From contig VBBD01000068.1 in the NCBI GenBank assembly GCA_005882895.1, positions 4,626-68,625 of the forward strand: DNA of 64,000 nucleotides. Reading direction: 5' to 3'. Each line of letters starts with the position of its first letter. The stretch's first letter is position 1. This document shows, piece after piece, positions 1-8,700 of this stretch. This DNA is from Candidatus Bathyarchaeota archaeon (GTDB lineage Archaea; Thermoproteota; Bathyarchaeia; 40CM-2-53-6). Under the pieces are notes generated by a model. It was not told where the DNA came from, ran no database searches, and saw only the letters and a program-made list of their open reading frames with translations. The position numbers were made by a program, and so were the translations under genes.

Positions 1-848
1 TTGCTTCTTGACTGCAAGTTCGTAACCACAACGATCATGTTTCTCTGCTCTGCGAGCGTGGCTAAGGAACGAATATCTTTGGAGAATAGATCAAATGCTT
101 CCCTCTTTTCTTTGACATCGGGATCGCAGTAGAGAGCAGTAATATCTGATACGATCGCCAGCCTGGCATAACACTGGTCAATTGCCTGCGCGAGCTCATC
201 GGTTATGAGGCTGCTTAGCTGGTGGTGAGTGAAGGCCCTGCTGAGATGGATCCGCAGCTTCATCCTCTCCTGATCCAGCCCGAGATTGAAAGCGTGCCGA
301 GATACGGTGTACGAATCGAACACGTTGCCCCCGTCAACAAACACCACATCACTATCCAGTCCCGGCGGAAGAGGATTGATAGCTCGGACGCAGAAGAGAT
401 GGCTGAGAGCATTAGACGCTTCGCCCTGAAGAGTGACTAGCTCGCCGAAGCGGAGAGCAAGGGTTTCATCAAGCAATCCGACCCCTGCTGCAAGGTCTGA
501 CTGAACATCTCTTAGTAGTATGCTTCCTCTACTCAGTTTAGCCTCGAACAACTCGCCAGGCTCGAACAGCTCCTCCACGTTTTTACAGATCAAATTCGTA
601 AGAAGCCGTTTACCCGGTGGAAGAACTGACCGCTGGACCTTGAGGGTTCTTTCAAGCTCGAAACCGCATCCCGGACAATTGTCCAGGAAGACGAGCTGGA
701 CTTTGCGTGGATTAATGAACAGTTTAGAGAGAACTAGGTTCTCATCGCAGAGGCTGCAACTGTACAGATAGCCTTGAGCACTCGACTGGTCCTGGTCTAG
801 CTGCCAAGTCTTCGGTTTAAGAGGCCCAAGCGTACTCCGACTTCCCAT
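1..848 (-). CDS. Inactive RadA/RecA-fold protein with N-terminal Zn ribbon (3'-truncated by window edge)
   Basis: Not in ORF track. Manual translation from ATG 848: MGSRSTL...CSLC...CPGC...ELVTLQGEASNAL (degenerate Walker A)...VVFVDGGNVFD...IHLSRAFTHHQL...LAIVSDI...VVVTN; open to base 1. Confidence 0.75.
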   Translation of the reverse strand, partial: MGSRSTLGPLKPKTWQLDQDQSSAQGYLYSCSLCDENLVLSKLFINPRKVQLVFLDNCPGCGFELERTLKVQRSVLPPGKRLLTNLICKNVEELFEPGELFEAKLSRGSILLRDVQSDLAAGVGLLDETLALRFGELVTLQGEASNALSHLFCVRAINPLPPGLDSDVVFVDGGNVFDSYTVSRHAFNLGLDQERMKLRIHLSRAFTHHQLSSLITDELAQAIDQCYARLAIVSDITALYCDPDVKEKREAFDLFSKDIRSLATLAEQRNMIVVVTNLQSRS

Positions 849-869
849 GTCCGGCTCATTGTAATGGTC

Positions 870-1841
870 CTATTCGTCGCGTTTGTTGCGGGGGACAGCG
901 TCTTCAACGCCTTTTTCTGTGATGCGGAAGTAGGTCTCGGATTCTGGCAGATAGGGCGAGTCTATGACCTTGGCGACTCGTAGTCCCTGACTGGACTTTT
1001 TGAGCATGATGCGATGTGTGGATGCGTGGGCCATGATGTTCCCGCCTGCGGGGCGCATAGGGTCGCCGAAGAAGGCTTGCGGATTGGCCTGCACCTGATT
1101 GGTGACTACGACTGCGAGGTTGAGGGCTTGAGCGATACGGAGGAGCTTGTGGAGATGGCTGTTCAAACGCTGTTGTCGCTCGCTGAGGGACTCTCGACCA
1201 ATATATTCGCCGCGGAAGTGTGAGAGGATGGAGTCGACGACCAGCAGTTTGATGTTTTCTTCCTTGCAGATCTTGAAAGCGTGATCGACAGTCAGTATCT
1301 GATGGTCGCTATTGTAAACGCGACTGTAGATGATGCCATCGAGAATCTTGTCAGCATCCTGCCCGCTAGCCTGGGCCATCTGGAATACTCGTTGGGCCGC
1401 GAAAGTTCCTTCCGTGTCGATGAAGAGGACTTTTCCCTCCAGTCCTCCTTCTGCGGCGGGAAGCTGAGTCTGAATACTCAATTTCATAGAGATCTGCGAT
1501 TTGCCCGCGCCAAATTCGCCGACGAACTCGGTGATAGCCTGAGTCTCAAGTCCACCACCCAACAGGGTGTTGAGGTTGCTCGACCCAAAGCCGAGGCGGA
1601 GCAGAGTCTTACGTCGCTCCCATAACTGTTTGGCAGTGACAAAGTCTGTCTGGATGGTTTCGCGGGCGGCCTTACTGATCTTGTGAGCAACACTGGTTTC
1701 GAGACCAGCTTTCTCGACTAGCTCGCGTATAGGTGCAATTGCGAGGGACGAAATAGAGTCGTAGCCTGCCTCTCGAAGCTTGTTAGCAGTGACGGGTCCG
1801 ACGCCGTCTAGGTCTTGAATATCTAACACTTCAGCGGTCAT
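870..1841 (-). CDS. radA: DNA repair and recombination protein RadA
   Basis: N-terminal HhH (LDGVGPVTANKL), Walker A GEFGAGKSQ, FIDTEGTF, LLVVDS, HFRGEYIGRESLSERQQ, GGNIMAHASTHR. Likely start ATG 1841 (ORF track begins 1883). Confidence 0.95.
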   Translation of the reverse strand: MTAEVLDIQDLDGVGPVTANKLREAGYDSISSLAIAPIRELVEKAGLETSVAHKISKAARETIQTDFVTAKQLWERRKTLLRLGFGSSNLNTLLGGGLETQAITEFVGEFGAGKSQISMKLSIQTQLPAAEGGLEGKVLFIDTEGTFAAQRVFQMAQASGQDADKILDGIIYSRVYNSDHQILTVDHAFKICKEENIKLLVVDSILSHFRGEYIGRESLSERQQRLNSHLHKLLRIAQALNLAVVVTNQVQANPQAFFGDPMRPAGGNIMAHASTHRIMLKKSSQGLRVAKVIDSPYLPESETYFRITEKGVEDAVPRNKRDE

Positions 1842-1953
1842 GTGAACCTGGTGGCTTAGGCTCCGGGTCCGCTTATCTCTCACAGTGAGGAGTGAAAGTA
1901 ATGCTGTGAGGTGGGAAGGCGATTGGTCCGCAGAACCGTGTGTTCGGACGCTT

Positions 1954-2694
1954 TCAGGATTGTTGAGCAGCCGGAGAGGAGTCCTTCTTCTCCAGTCTAG
2001 ATGACCATTGATTCATAGTCTTAGACAACAACTCCCGGAAGCGCTTCACCGCCGAGGTAAGCCTCAACAGCTCAGGAACATCCCGCGACGTATACGTGGT
2101 TGACGCAGCTGAAACAGGCAAAGACGCGCCCATACCGGTTAACGGCTGATCCATCCGAACCCACCCATGGCCCAGCTCAGACAGTAGAGGTAGCACGCTC
2201 GTATCCGTTTCGCCGGTCAGCTTGTAGAGGCTCGGTTCCCGAACGTCCAACCGGGAAAGCTTACTAGTAAACGAAGCTTCTTTCGAGAACTTGAGATCCG
2301 CCTGGAACGCCCGAGCCAACTGTTCAGTCAACGCTCTCACCTCTAAGAAGCAGTCAGGCAGCATACCTAGAAGGAGGTTCACACGAAGGCTTTGCGACAA
2401 GGGATGAAGAACCCGAACGAGATAGTTTGGAACCGCATGGCGAGAGAAAGTCTCTGAAAGACGACCCAGCCCCATAACCCATGCTAGATGCGACTTGAAA
2501 TCTTCGCGCAGCCCCAACACCTCGCTCCAGGCCTTGCTCCCCTCCCCAGATTGGCAGAAATCCAGGTTTCGAGTCAGCGACATGTTCACTTGGCGAAGAA
2601 CGTCGACGTCTACCGGCGTGACCAATGGGTTGGGCAATGGATCTCCAGCCCTTGAGGGTCGGTCAGGGTGGGAAATAGGCGAAATGTTCCCCAT
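1954..2694 (-). CDS. Hypothetical protein
   Basis: 246-aa ORF filling the intergenic space; no recognised motif. Confidence 0.6.
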   Translation of the reverse strand: MGNISPISHPDRPSRAGDPLPNPLVTPVDVDVLRQVNMSLTRNLDFCQSGEGSKAWSEVLGLREDFKSHLAWVMGLGRLSETFSRHAVPNYLVRVLHPLSQSLRVNLLLGMLPDCFLEVRALTEQLARAFQADLKFSKEASFTSKLSRLDVREPSLYKLTGETDTSVLPLLSELGHGWVRMDQPLTGMGASLPVSAASTTYTSRDVPELLRLTSAVKRFRELLSKTMNQWSSRLEKKDSSPAAQQS

Positions 2695-2903
2695 GCACGG
2701 CCATAGTCGTTCATGACGAGTATCTTAAACGAATAGGAGCAAAGGGTCTGAACCAGAGCGGTGGACGCGACAAGAATTAAGAGCGAAGGGTCTTTCCCAC
2801 AACGAATCCCATAGCAGCTATCAAGCACTTGGCATGTTCAATCTCCGAACAGACCTGTTCGGCCTAGGAACCCTGTTAAGCTGACGACAATTGATCTTGT
2901 GAT

Positions 2904-3854
2904 GTGAAGGCAGCACTATCAATTAGCGAGAGGGACGTCAGTCAGACGCTGACTATCCAGAAGTCCATCCAGCTTGCCCGTCAAGCTTATGTCAAACGCG
3001 CCAGGGGACGGGTTCTCGAACCACTCCGAACATGGTTCACGGTTCCAGGCGGCGCTTCTTTCTATTTCATGCCCGCTCATGTGCTTGGCCTTCGAACGGT
3101 ATCCGCGAAAGTAGTTAGCGTGAATCCTCGAAACCGCAACGGTTCTCTCCCCTCCACCTCAACCTCGATCTCTGTCTTCGATTCAAAGACCGGATCGGAA
3201 CTGGCTCGAATTGCCGGGGACAGCTTGACCGGGATTAGAACCGCGGCCAGCTCCGCATTGGCTACGGACAGTTTAGCCCTCAAGGAGCTAGATACCCTAG
3301 GAATCATCGGAACCGGAAAACAGGCGCAAGCTCACGTCCCAGCGATAATGGAAGTAAGAAATGTCTCGCGGGTCCTAGTTTATTCTCGATCAAAGGCCCA
3401 TCGGGCTGCGTTCGTTCGAAGCGCTTCCAAGAACATTAGCGTTCCTGTTACTACAGCCGCTTCCACCGAAGAGGTAGCTCGAAGATCCGACGCTCTCGTC
3501 TTGGCTACCAGCTCCCGTGTCCCTCTCTTCAACGGCAGTATTGTTCCGCTTGGGACACATGTGAACGCCATTGGATCTGCTCTTCCAAACTCACGAGAGA
3601 TAGACACAACTCTCGTGGAAAGATCTATCCTTGTTGTAGATTCAATGGAGCAGGCTGTCGCGACCTATGGAGACGTTATGATCCCACTCGAGGAGAAAGC
3701 GATTACGAGATCACACATCAGGGCGGAGCTGGGCGAATTGCTCCTCAACCCCAGCATTATAGATAGAGATAGGAACGACATTACAATCTTCAAAGCTGGA
3801 GGGCTAGGTGTCCTGGACGCGGTCTTCGCGGACTATATTGTCTCCCAGTTCTGA
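2904..3854 (+). CDS. Ornithine cyclodeaminase/mu-crystallin family protein (alanine dehydrogenase-like)
   Basis: KVVSVNPRN, LTGIRTAASSALAT, GIIGTGKQAQAH, GTHVNAIGS, ITIFKAGG. Confidence 0.9.
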   Translation: MKAALSISERDVSQTLTIQKSIQLARQAYVKRARGRVLEPLRTWFTVPGGASFYFMPAHVLGLRTVSAKVVSVNPRNRNGSLPSTSTSISVFDSKTGSELARIAGDSLTGIRTAASSALATDSLALKELDTLGIIGTGKQAQAHVPAIMEVRNVSRVLVYSRSKAHRAAFVRSASKNISVPVTTAASTEEVARRSDALVLATSSRVPLFNGSIVPLGTHVNAIGSALPNSREIDTTLVERSILVVDSMEQAVATYGDVMIPLEEKAITRSHIRAELGELLLNPSIIDRDRNDITIFKAGGLGVLDAVFADYIVSQF

Positions 3855-4002
3855 TCATTCTCGGGCAACTCGAATCTCGGTCGAACCTACGAAGGTGGAC
3901 TTCCTGAATTGCGTGTCACATTCGGCATAGTCCACATTGCCGAAAATTGTAGGTAGGCATGAAATATTAGAGACTTCCGAAATGGCTGAAAAACAGAACC
4001 AA

Positions 4003-4009
4003 TTTAATA
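4003..4009 (+). promoter_or_regulatory. Putative TATA box of tRNA-Ala
   Basis: TTTAATA ending about 28 nt upstream of the mature tRNA 5' end, with an A-rich stretch upstream. Confidence 0.5.
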
Positions 4010-4036
4010 GTGGGTCTTAGGTTTCGCGGTCTTCGT

Positions 4037-4179
4037 GGGCCGGTAGATCAGCCTGGTACACAGCGCGTCAAGGGCTGGCCGAAGATCGCCCGCTTGGCAG
4101 GTCGTCTTCGACCCTGAATGCGGGAAGGCACTAGCACTGCTCCGTAGGGCCGCGGGTTCAAATCCCGCCCGGTCCACCA
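4037..4179 (+). tRNA. tRNA-Ala(GGC) with three introns (D-loop ~21/22, 37/38, 44/45), CCA encoded
   Basis: Acceptor GGGCCGG/CCGGTCC with G3:U70; anticodon arm CCCGC-TTGGCAT-GCGGG; T arm GCGGG-TTCAAAT-CCCGC. Introns ~4060-4083, 4100-4118 and 4126-4147, each in a BHB-like fold. Confidence 0.9.
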
Positions 4180-4260
4180 CGAACAAGTCTTGGCGCGCAA
4201 GGTTCGAGTAGCCCCCGGGGGGCCGCAAAATTCGCTGTTACGGGGTTTCGCGAGGCGGTC

Positions 4261-4410
4261 TTCCAAAAGAGCGGTTTCAAGAAATGGTTTTCGAATGGGC
4301 TATTTCAGAAACCTGTTTTCAAGAGACCGGATTTTCGGTAAGCGATTTCCAAGAAGGCGATTTCGAAAACGCGATTCCAAGAATCGGATTCCGAGAACTG
4401 GTTTTCCTGA
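4261..4410. repeat. Degenerate tandem repeat, ~14-15 bp period, ~10 units
   Basis: Units such as ttccaaaagagcggt, ttcaagaaatggt, ttcaagagaccggat, ttccaagaaggcgat, ttcgaaaacgcgat, tccaagaatcggat, tccgagaactggtt. Confidence 0.6.
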
Positions 4411-4577
4411 TGCCGGTCGGAATGGACAGGTTCTACCTTTTTCTGAGCGACCGATCCATGGCTCTCGGCCAATAGATCGTACAAGGTACTCACCCTAGTG
4501 CTGCCCTGTCCAACGAACAGACGTAGTTGGTCTTATAGGTGCACGCAAAACGAAGATAGGGCATTCGGGAGTATCCT

Positions 4578-5990
4578 TTGCCAAGTCGACAGCGCTCTTG
4601 GTTTGAGACGATCAACCCGGCCACGGGCAAGACGCTCAAACGTTACAAATCATCGACGAAAGGGGATGTTGACAAAGCAGTTGCGAAGGCAAGAAAGGCG
4701 TTTGAGAAATGGCGCCAACTCTCGCCCGCTAAACGGGCAATCTATCTAGAAAGAACAGCAAAGACGCTCCGGGCGCAGAAAGAGAAGCTGGCTCGAATAA
4801 TCACCCAAGAAATGGGGAAACCGATCAAAGAGTCGCTTCCGGAAGTTGCAAAATGCGCATGGGCCCTAGAATACTACTCGGAGAACGGCCCGAAGTTTCT
4901 GAACCCAGAGGCAACAAAAACGGATGCGACAGACAGCTATGTAGCCTTCGAACCAATGGGCGTCATCGGCTCCATCATGCCATGGAACTTTCCATTATGG
5001 CAATGCATCCGGTTCGCAGCACCCGCTTTGATGGTCGGCAACACAACCGTCTTCAAACCCTCCAGCATAACACCCCAGTCAGGATTGGCCCTCCAGAACG
5101 CTTTCGAATCAACTGGAACCATCCCCGGATGCTTCAACATCATTCTCGGAAGCGCTCAAGTAGCCAACTACCTGATCGAAGCCAATACCGTAGCCATCTC
5201 ATTCACGGGCAGCGTAAACGCGGGACGAACGGTCGCTCAATCGGCGAGCGGTCAGCTGAAGAAATTCGTTCTAGAGCTGGGAGGCAGCGACCCCTTCATA
5301 GTTCTTGAAGACGCGGACATTGAGGCAGCCTCAACAGGCGCAGTTGCAGGCCGTTTCATTAACAACGGCCAAAGCTGCATCGCCACCAAGAGGATCTTTG
5401 TTGTTAAGCGAGTTCTAGACGAGTTCTTGGAAAAATTTGTGAAGAAGACGAAATCTTTGAGAGTCGGAGATCCTCTTAGCCCGGAGACAGATATCGGACC
5501 GATGGTCAGAGAAGAAGCGCTCAAGACGCTAGACGCACAGGTCCAAGAAGCAATAACACATGGGGCCCATTTGGAGCTTGGTGGCGAGAGATTGAAGCGG
5601 AAAGGCTCATTTTACTCTCCAACCATCCTTACAAACATAACACCGGAAATGAGGATCATGAAGGAAGAGACGTTCGGACCGGCCGCACCTGTCATGGCCG
5701 TCAAAGATGAAAACGAGGCGATAAGACTTGCCAACAAGAGCGAATTCGGGCTGGGAGCAACCGTTTGGGGAACGGACACGAGAAGGGCAGAAAAAGTCGC
5801 GCGAGAGATCTCAGCGGGACTGGTAACAATTAACAATGTTGTCGTCTCAGACCCCCGCATGCCCTTCGGCGGAGTTCGACACAGTGGAATCGGTCGGGAA
5901 CTCTCAAGATACGGAATGCTAGAATTCACGAACATAAAATCTGTCCGAATATACGAAAAATCGCCGCTAGCTCACGCCCACGTAGAATGA
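4578..5990 (+). CDS. NAD(P)-dependent aldehyde dehydrogenase (succinate-semialdehyde dehydrogenase family)
   Basis: IMPWNFP, FTGS, LELGGSDP, NNGQSCIA (catalytic Cys), EETFGP, PFGGVRHSGIGRE. Confidence 0.95.
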   Translation: MPSRQRSWFETINPATGKTLKRYKSSTKGDVDKAVAKARKAFEKWRQLSPAKRAIYLERTAKTLRAQKEKLARIITQEMGKPIKESLPEVAKCAWALEYYSENGPKFLNPEATKTDATDSYVAFEPMGVIGSIMPWNFPLWQCIRFAAPALMVGNTTVFKPSSITPQSGLALQNAFESTGTIPGCFNIILGSAQVANYLIEANTVAISFTGSVNAGRTVAQSASGQLKKFVLELGGSDPFIVLEDADIEAASTGAVAGRFINNGQSCIATKRIFVVKRVLDEFLEKFVKKTKSLRVGDPLSPETDIGPMVREEALKTLDAQVQEAITHGAHLELGGERLKRKGSFYSPTILTNITPEMRIMKEETFGPAAPVMAVKDENEAIRLANKSEFGLGATVWGTDTRRAEKVAREISAGLVTINNVVVSDPRMPFGGVRHSGIGRELSRYGMLEFTNIKSVRIYEKSPLAHAHVE

Positions 5991-7129
5991 TAACCATCTG
6001 GCGATATTTCTTGGGAGGCAGAACCACCCTTCTCTACTCCGAGAGATTTCTGGACTACAACCTCGGACCCTCTCACCCTCTCCGTCCAGTGAGAGTCAAG
6101 CTGACCCATGACCTGATCCTGTCGAAAGGATTACTCAAGGAAGACGAGATCATGATTACCGTGCCACGAGTCGCATCTGAAGAAGAAATTCTTCTCTTTC
6201 ACGAGAAGGAGTATGTTCGGTTGGTTCAAATGTATAGCGAGAGGGGCTCAGGGCTCTTGGACGCAGGGGATACTCCCGCTTTCAAAGGATGCTTCGAAGC
6301 CACCAGTCTGGTCGTAGGTGCTTCTCTAGAAGCCTGCGATAACATAATGGGCGGAAAATTTACTCACGCCTTTAATCCTTCTGGGGGACTGCACCACGCA
6401 CATCCTGAACGCGCTTCAGGGTTCTGCATATTCAACGATCCCGCAATCAGTGTCAATTACCTGAAGACGAAATACAAGATCAGACGACTGGTCTACATGG
6501 ACATCGATGCGCATCATGGAGACGGTGTCATGTACGGGTATTACAACGATCCATCACTATTGGATATCGATTTCCACGAGAACGGCAAATACATCTTCCC
6601 CGGAACTGGGTTCCCCGATGAGACCGGAGAGAAGGAGGCGAAGGGCCTCAAGCTAAACATCCCACTTCTCCCTGGCACAGGGGACGAGGCCTATCTGAAG
6701 GCGTTTCACAAGCTTATCCCAGATATTGTAAGAAAATTCCGACCCGAGATTATTCTCGTCCAGTGTGGCGCAGATGGCCACGCGAACGACCGTCTCGCCC
6801 ATCTTCGAATGACTACAAACACATACGAGGAAGTTGTTTCTGAGATGCATAACCTCGCGCACGAGCTTTGTGAAGGCCGATTCCTACTATTCGGCGGAGG
6901 AGGGTATACCATTGCCAACGTCCCGAGGGTCTGGACCGTCGCCCTCGCAACTCTTGCGGGAAAAACGCTGGATAACGAGATTCCTGAACGCTGGTCCAGA
7001 GAGTTCAGAGAGCTCACAGGAGAGGATCCTCCGAACGCATTACGCGATAGGCTTACGAACGACGATTCGAAGACGATTAGCGAAGTGGATAATGTGTTGG
7101 AGGAGCTGGCAGGCTACCTCGCAAAGTAG
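5987..7129 (+). CDS. Acetoin utilization AcuC / histone deacetylase family protein
   Basis: HPLRPVR, GGLHHAHPERASGFCIFND, DIDAHHGDG, QCGADGH, GGGGY. Confidence 0.92.
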   Translation: MITIWRYFLGGRTTLLYSERFLDYNLGPSHPLRPVRVKLTHDLILSKGLLKEDEIMITVPRVASEEEILLFHEKEYVRLVQMYSERGSGLLDAGDTPAFKGCFEATSLVVGASLEACDNIMGGKFTHAFNPSGGLHHAHPERASGFCIFNDPAISVNYLKTKYKIRRLVYMDIDAHHGDGVMYGYYNDPSLLDIDFHENGKYIFPGTGFPDETGEKEAKGLKLNIPLLPGTGDEAYLKAFHKLIPDIVRKFRPEIILVQCGADGHANDRLAHLRMTTNTYEEVVSEMHNLAHELCEGRFLLFGGGGYTIANVPRVWTVALATLAGKTLDNEIPERWSREFRELTGEDPPNALRDRLTNDDSKTISEVDNVLEELAGYLAK

Positions 7130-7189
7130 CGCCCTGATAGTGCAACGTTTATCTTTCAAGGCCTGGAGCGCTCGCGGCAAGGACCTTAG

Positions 7190-7381
7190 ATGGGTAGCAA
7201 AGGAACCACATCGCTAGGCAAGATGGGTGGAAAGGGTACACACATCAGATGCAGGAGATGTGGCCGACACTCGTACCATGTTCGCAAGAAACGTTGCGCA
7301 GCCTGCGGCTTCGGAGAGATTACGACGCTGCGACGCTACTCATGGCAGAACAAGAAGATCAATCGAACACGAATAGTGTAA
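7190..7381 (+). CDS. rpl37e: 50S ribosomal protein L37e
   Basis: KGTTSLGK...[26 protein letters not shown]...RRYSW. Confidence 0.97.
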   Translation: MGSKGTTSLGKMGGKGTHIRCRRCGRHSYHVRKKRCAACGFGEITTLRRYSWQNKKINRTRIV

Positions 7382-7449
7382 AAATCCACAGTTTTAGCTC
7401 TACTCCTCGTTTGGACATTCCAATCTTCGGGTCGAATTGACTGGAGAAG

Positions 7450-7623
7450 TTGCCTTTGGTCGAAGTTAGGTGTCCGCGTTGCAACCGCCCGATGCACTGG
7501 AACGGCAGACTGAAGATATTCATCTGCGACACAGACGGATTCATCTTAGGTCCTAACGACCCGTATGTGAAACGCTTGGAGTACGAGATCAGCCAGAATC
7601 TCCCGCACTCTTCAAGTCACTGA
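7450..7623 (+). CDS. Small putative Zn-ribbon protein (57 aa)
   Basis: Below ORF-track cutoff. TTG start after GGAG; MPLVEVRCPRCNRPMHWNGRLKIFICDTDGF... Confidence 0.55.
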   Translation: MPLVEVRCPRCNRPMHWNGRLKIFICDTDGFILGPNDPYVKRLEYEISQNLPHSSSH

Positions 7624-7649
7624 GGACACATTTGGCTCGTGTGTAAGAG

Positions 7650-7748
7650 TGGGCTCGGCAGGATTCGAACCTGCGACCTTCGCCGTGTCAGGGCGACGTC
7701 CTAACCAGGCTTCGCCGACGCGTCAACGGCGTCTTAGACGACGAGCCC
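7650..7748 (-). tRNA. tRNA-Val(GAC) with one intron at 14/15
   Basis: Reverse complement GGGCTCG-TC-GTCT-A[intron 7711-7734]GCCTGGTTAGGAC-G-TCGCC-CTGACAC-GGCGA-AGGTC-GCAGG-TTCGAAT-CCTGC-CGAGCCC-A. BHB central helix CGTC/GGCG. Confidence 0.9.
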
Positions 7749-7845
7749 CGGAGGGCTTGGCCGAACGCTGATAGCGTATCAAGCTTTTCCCACAGCCATA
7801 TTCGAGCGAGTTATCGAGAGTAGTTATACAGCTTATACCAGTTCC

Positions 7846-8487
7846 ATGGAAAGCACCCTGTTTCATGATGAAAAAATTCAGCGCTCGGGACTTGCGATCT
7901 CCCTTCTGGCACTAGTGCCCGCCGCCGTGAGCTTACCTGTCCACGCCCAGCCGACTGTAAACACGCGCGCCGATAAGTCAGCCTACGCACCCGGCGACTC
8001 AGGGACCATGACAATCTCAATAATCAATACTATTGGAAACCCGCTGCTGGTTCGCAACATCACAATATACTATCCATGGGCCGGTTACGATACCAACGGA
8101 AAATGGTTCACCGCTAATTACACCTACCCTGTTTCTCCACCCGCGGCCTTAGCCACCAAAGGAGCCAACAATTACTCCTACACAACACAAACGTTCAACA
8201 TTCCGACCTGGTGGGGAATCAGCAGCCGATCACAGTTTGGCTGCCCGGGGAACACGAACACGAAATTCGGTTTGTACTCTGGCTGCGTCCTTCTCGGAAC
8301 GAACTCTACAACACGTTATGAGGGCTTCGATTTTGGAATAGCCATGGCACTAGCGGTTTACAATCCATCGACTCTGTCAGCTATTCAGGAGTGGATACCA
8401 GTTGCAACTCTCATCGTTCTTGTGATCGCGACAGCCATCCTGGCCATGGTCATGATGAGGCTCGGCAATCTTTCAAAGAAACCGTAG
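7846..8487 (+). CDS. Secreted/surface protein with C-terminal membrane anchor
   Basis: Signal peptide ending VHA, Ig-like DKSAYAPGD start, Thr/Asn-rich body, C-terminal TM helix followed by KK. Confidence 0.75.
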   Translation: MESTLFHDEKIQRSGLAISLLALVPAAVSLPVHAQPTVNTRADKSAYAPGDSGTMTISIINTIGNPLLVRNITIYYPWAGYDTNGKWFTANYTYPVSPPAALATKGANNYSYTTQTFNIPTWWGISSRSQFGCPGNTNTKFGLYSGCVLLGTNSTTRYEGFDFGIAMALAVYNPSTLSAIQEWIPVATLIVLVIATAILAMVMMRLGNLSKKP

Positions 8488-8604
8488 ACCTAGCGCTTTC
8501 TCTCTTTCTCTTCCCATCTTCTCTTCTTTTTTTCGTGCCTAGAAAATTCTCCGTTGTTCTCAGTGTGGGAAGGCATTTTACCGAAGAGCTTGTGGGCTCC
8601 TGCT

Positions 8605-8696
8605 GGGCCCGTAGCTCAGTACGGACAGTAGCGTCGGCCCTCTATTAATCAGGGGAGAGCCGAAGGTCGCGGGTTCAAATCCCGCCGGGCCCGCCA
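8605..8696 (+). tRNA. tRNA-Arg(TCT) with 37/38 intron; atypical C33
   Basis: GGGCCCG/CGGGCCC-G-CCA; D-loop GGA (A20 Arg determinant); TCGGC-CC-TCT-A[ttaatcaggggag 8645-8657]A-GCCGA; T arm GCGGG-TTCAAAT-CCCGC. Confidence 0.75.
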
Positions 8697-8700
8697 GAAA

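Noticed and set aside
1927..1949. LexA (Cheo) box upstream of radA
   Set aside because: The GAAC-N5-GTTC spacing differs from the N4 Cheo box, and archaea generally lack LexA; more likely a hairpin after the upstream gene.
3915..3960. Minus-strand MPTYNFRQCGLC peptide resembling an FmdB Zn-ribbon start
   Set aside because: It stops after 14 codons; too short to support.
4261..4410. CRISPR array
   Set aside because: Units are short, degenerate and contiguous, with no unique spacers; no cas genes in the window.
8605..8696. Reading the tRNA as an amber (CTA) suppressor or tRNA-Pyl because of CT-CTA at 8640-8644
   Set aside because: The body is a standard tRNA with A20 and G73 Arg features. 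Stem register and BHB geometry put TCT at 34-36. No tRNA-Pyl features or pyl genes are present.
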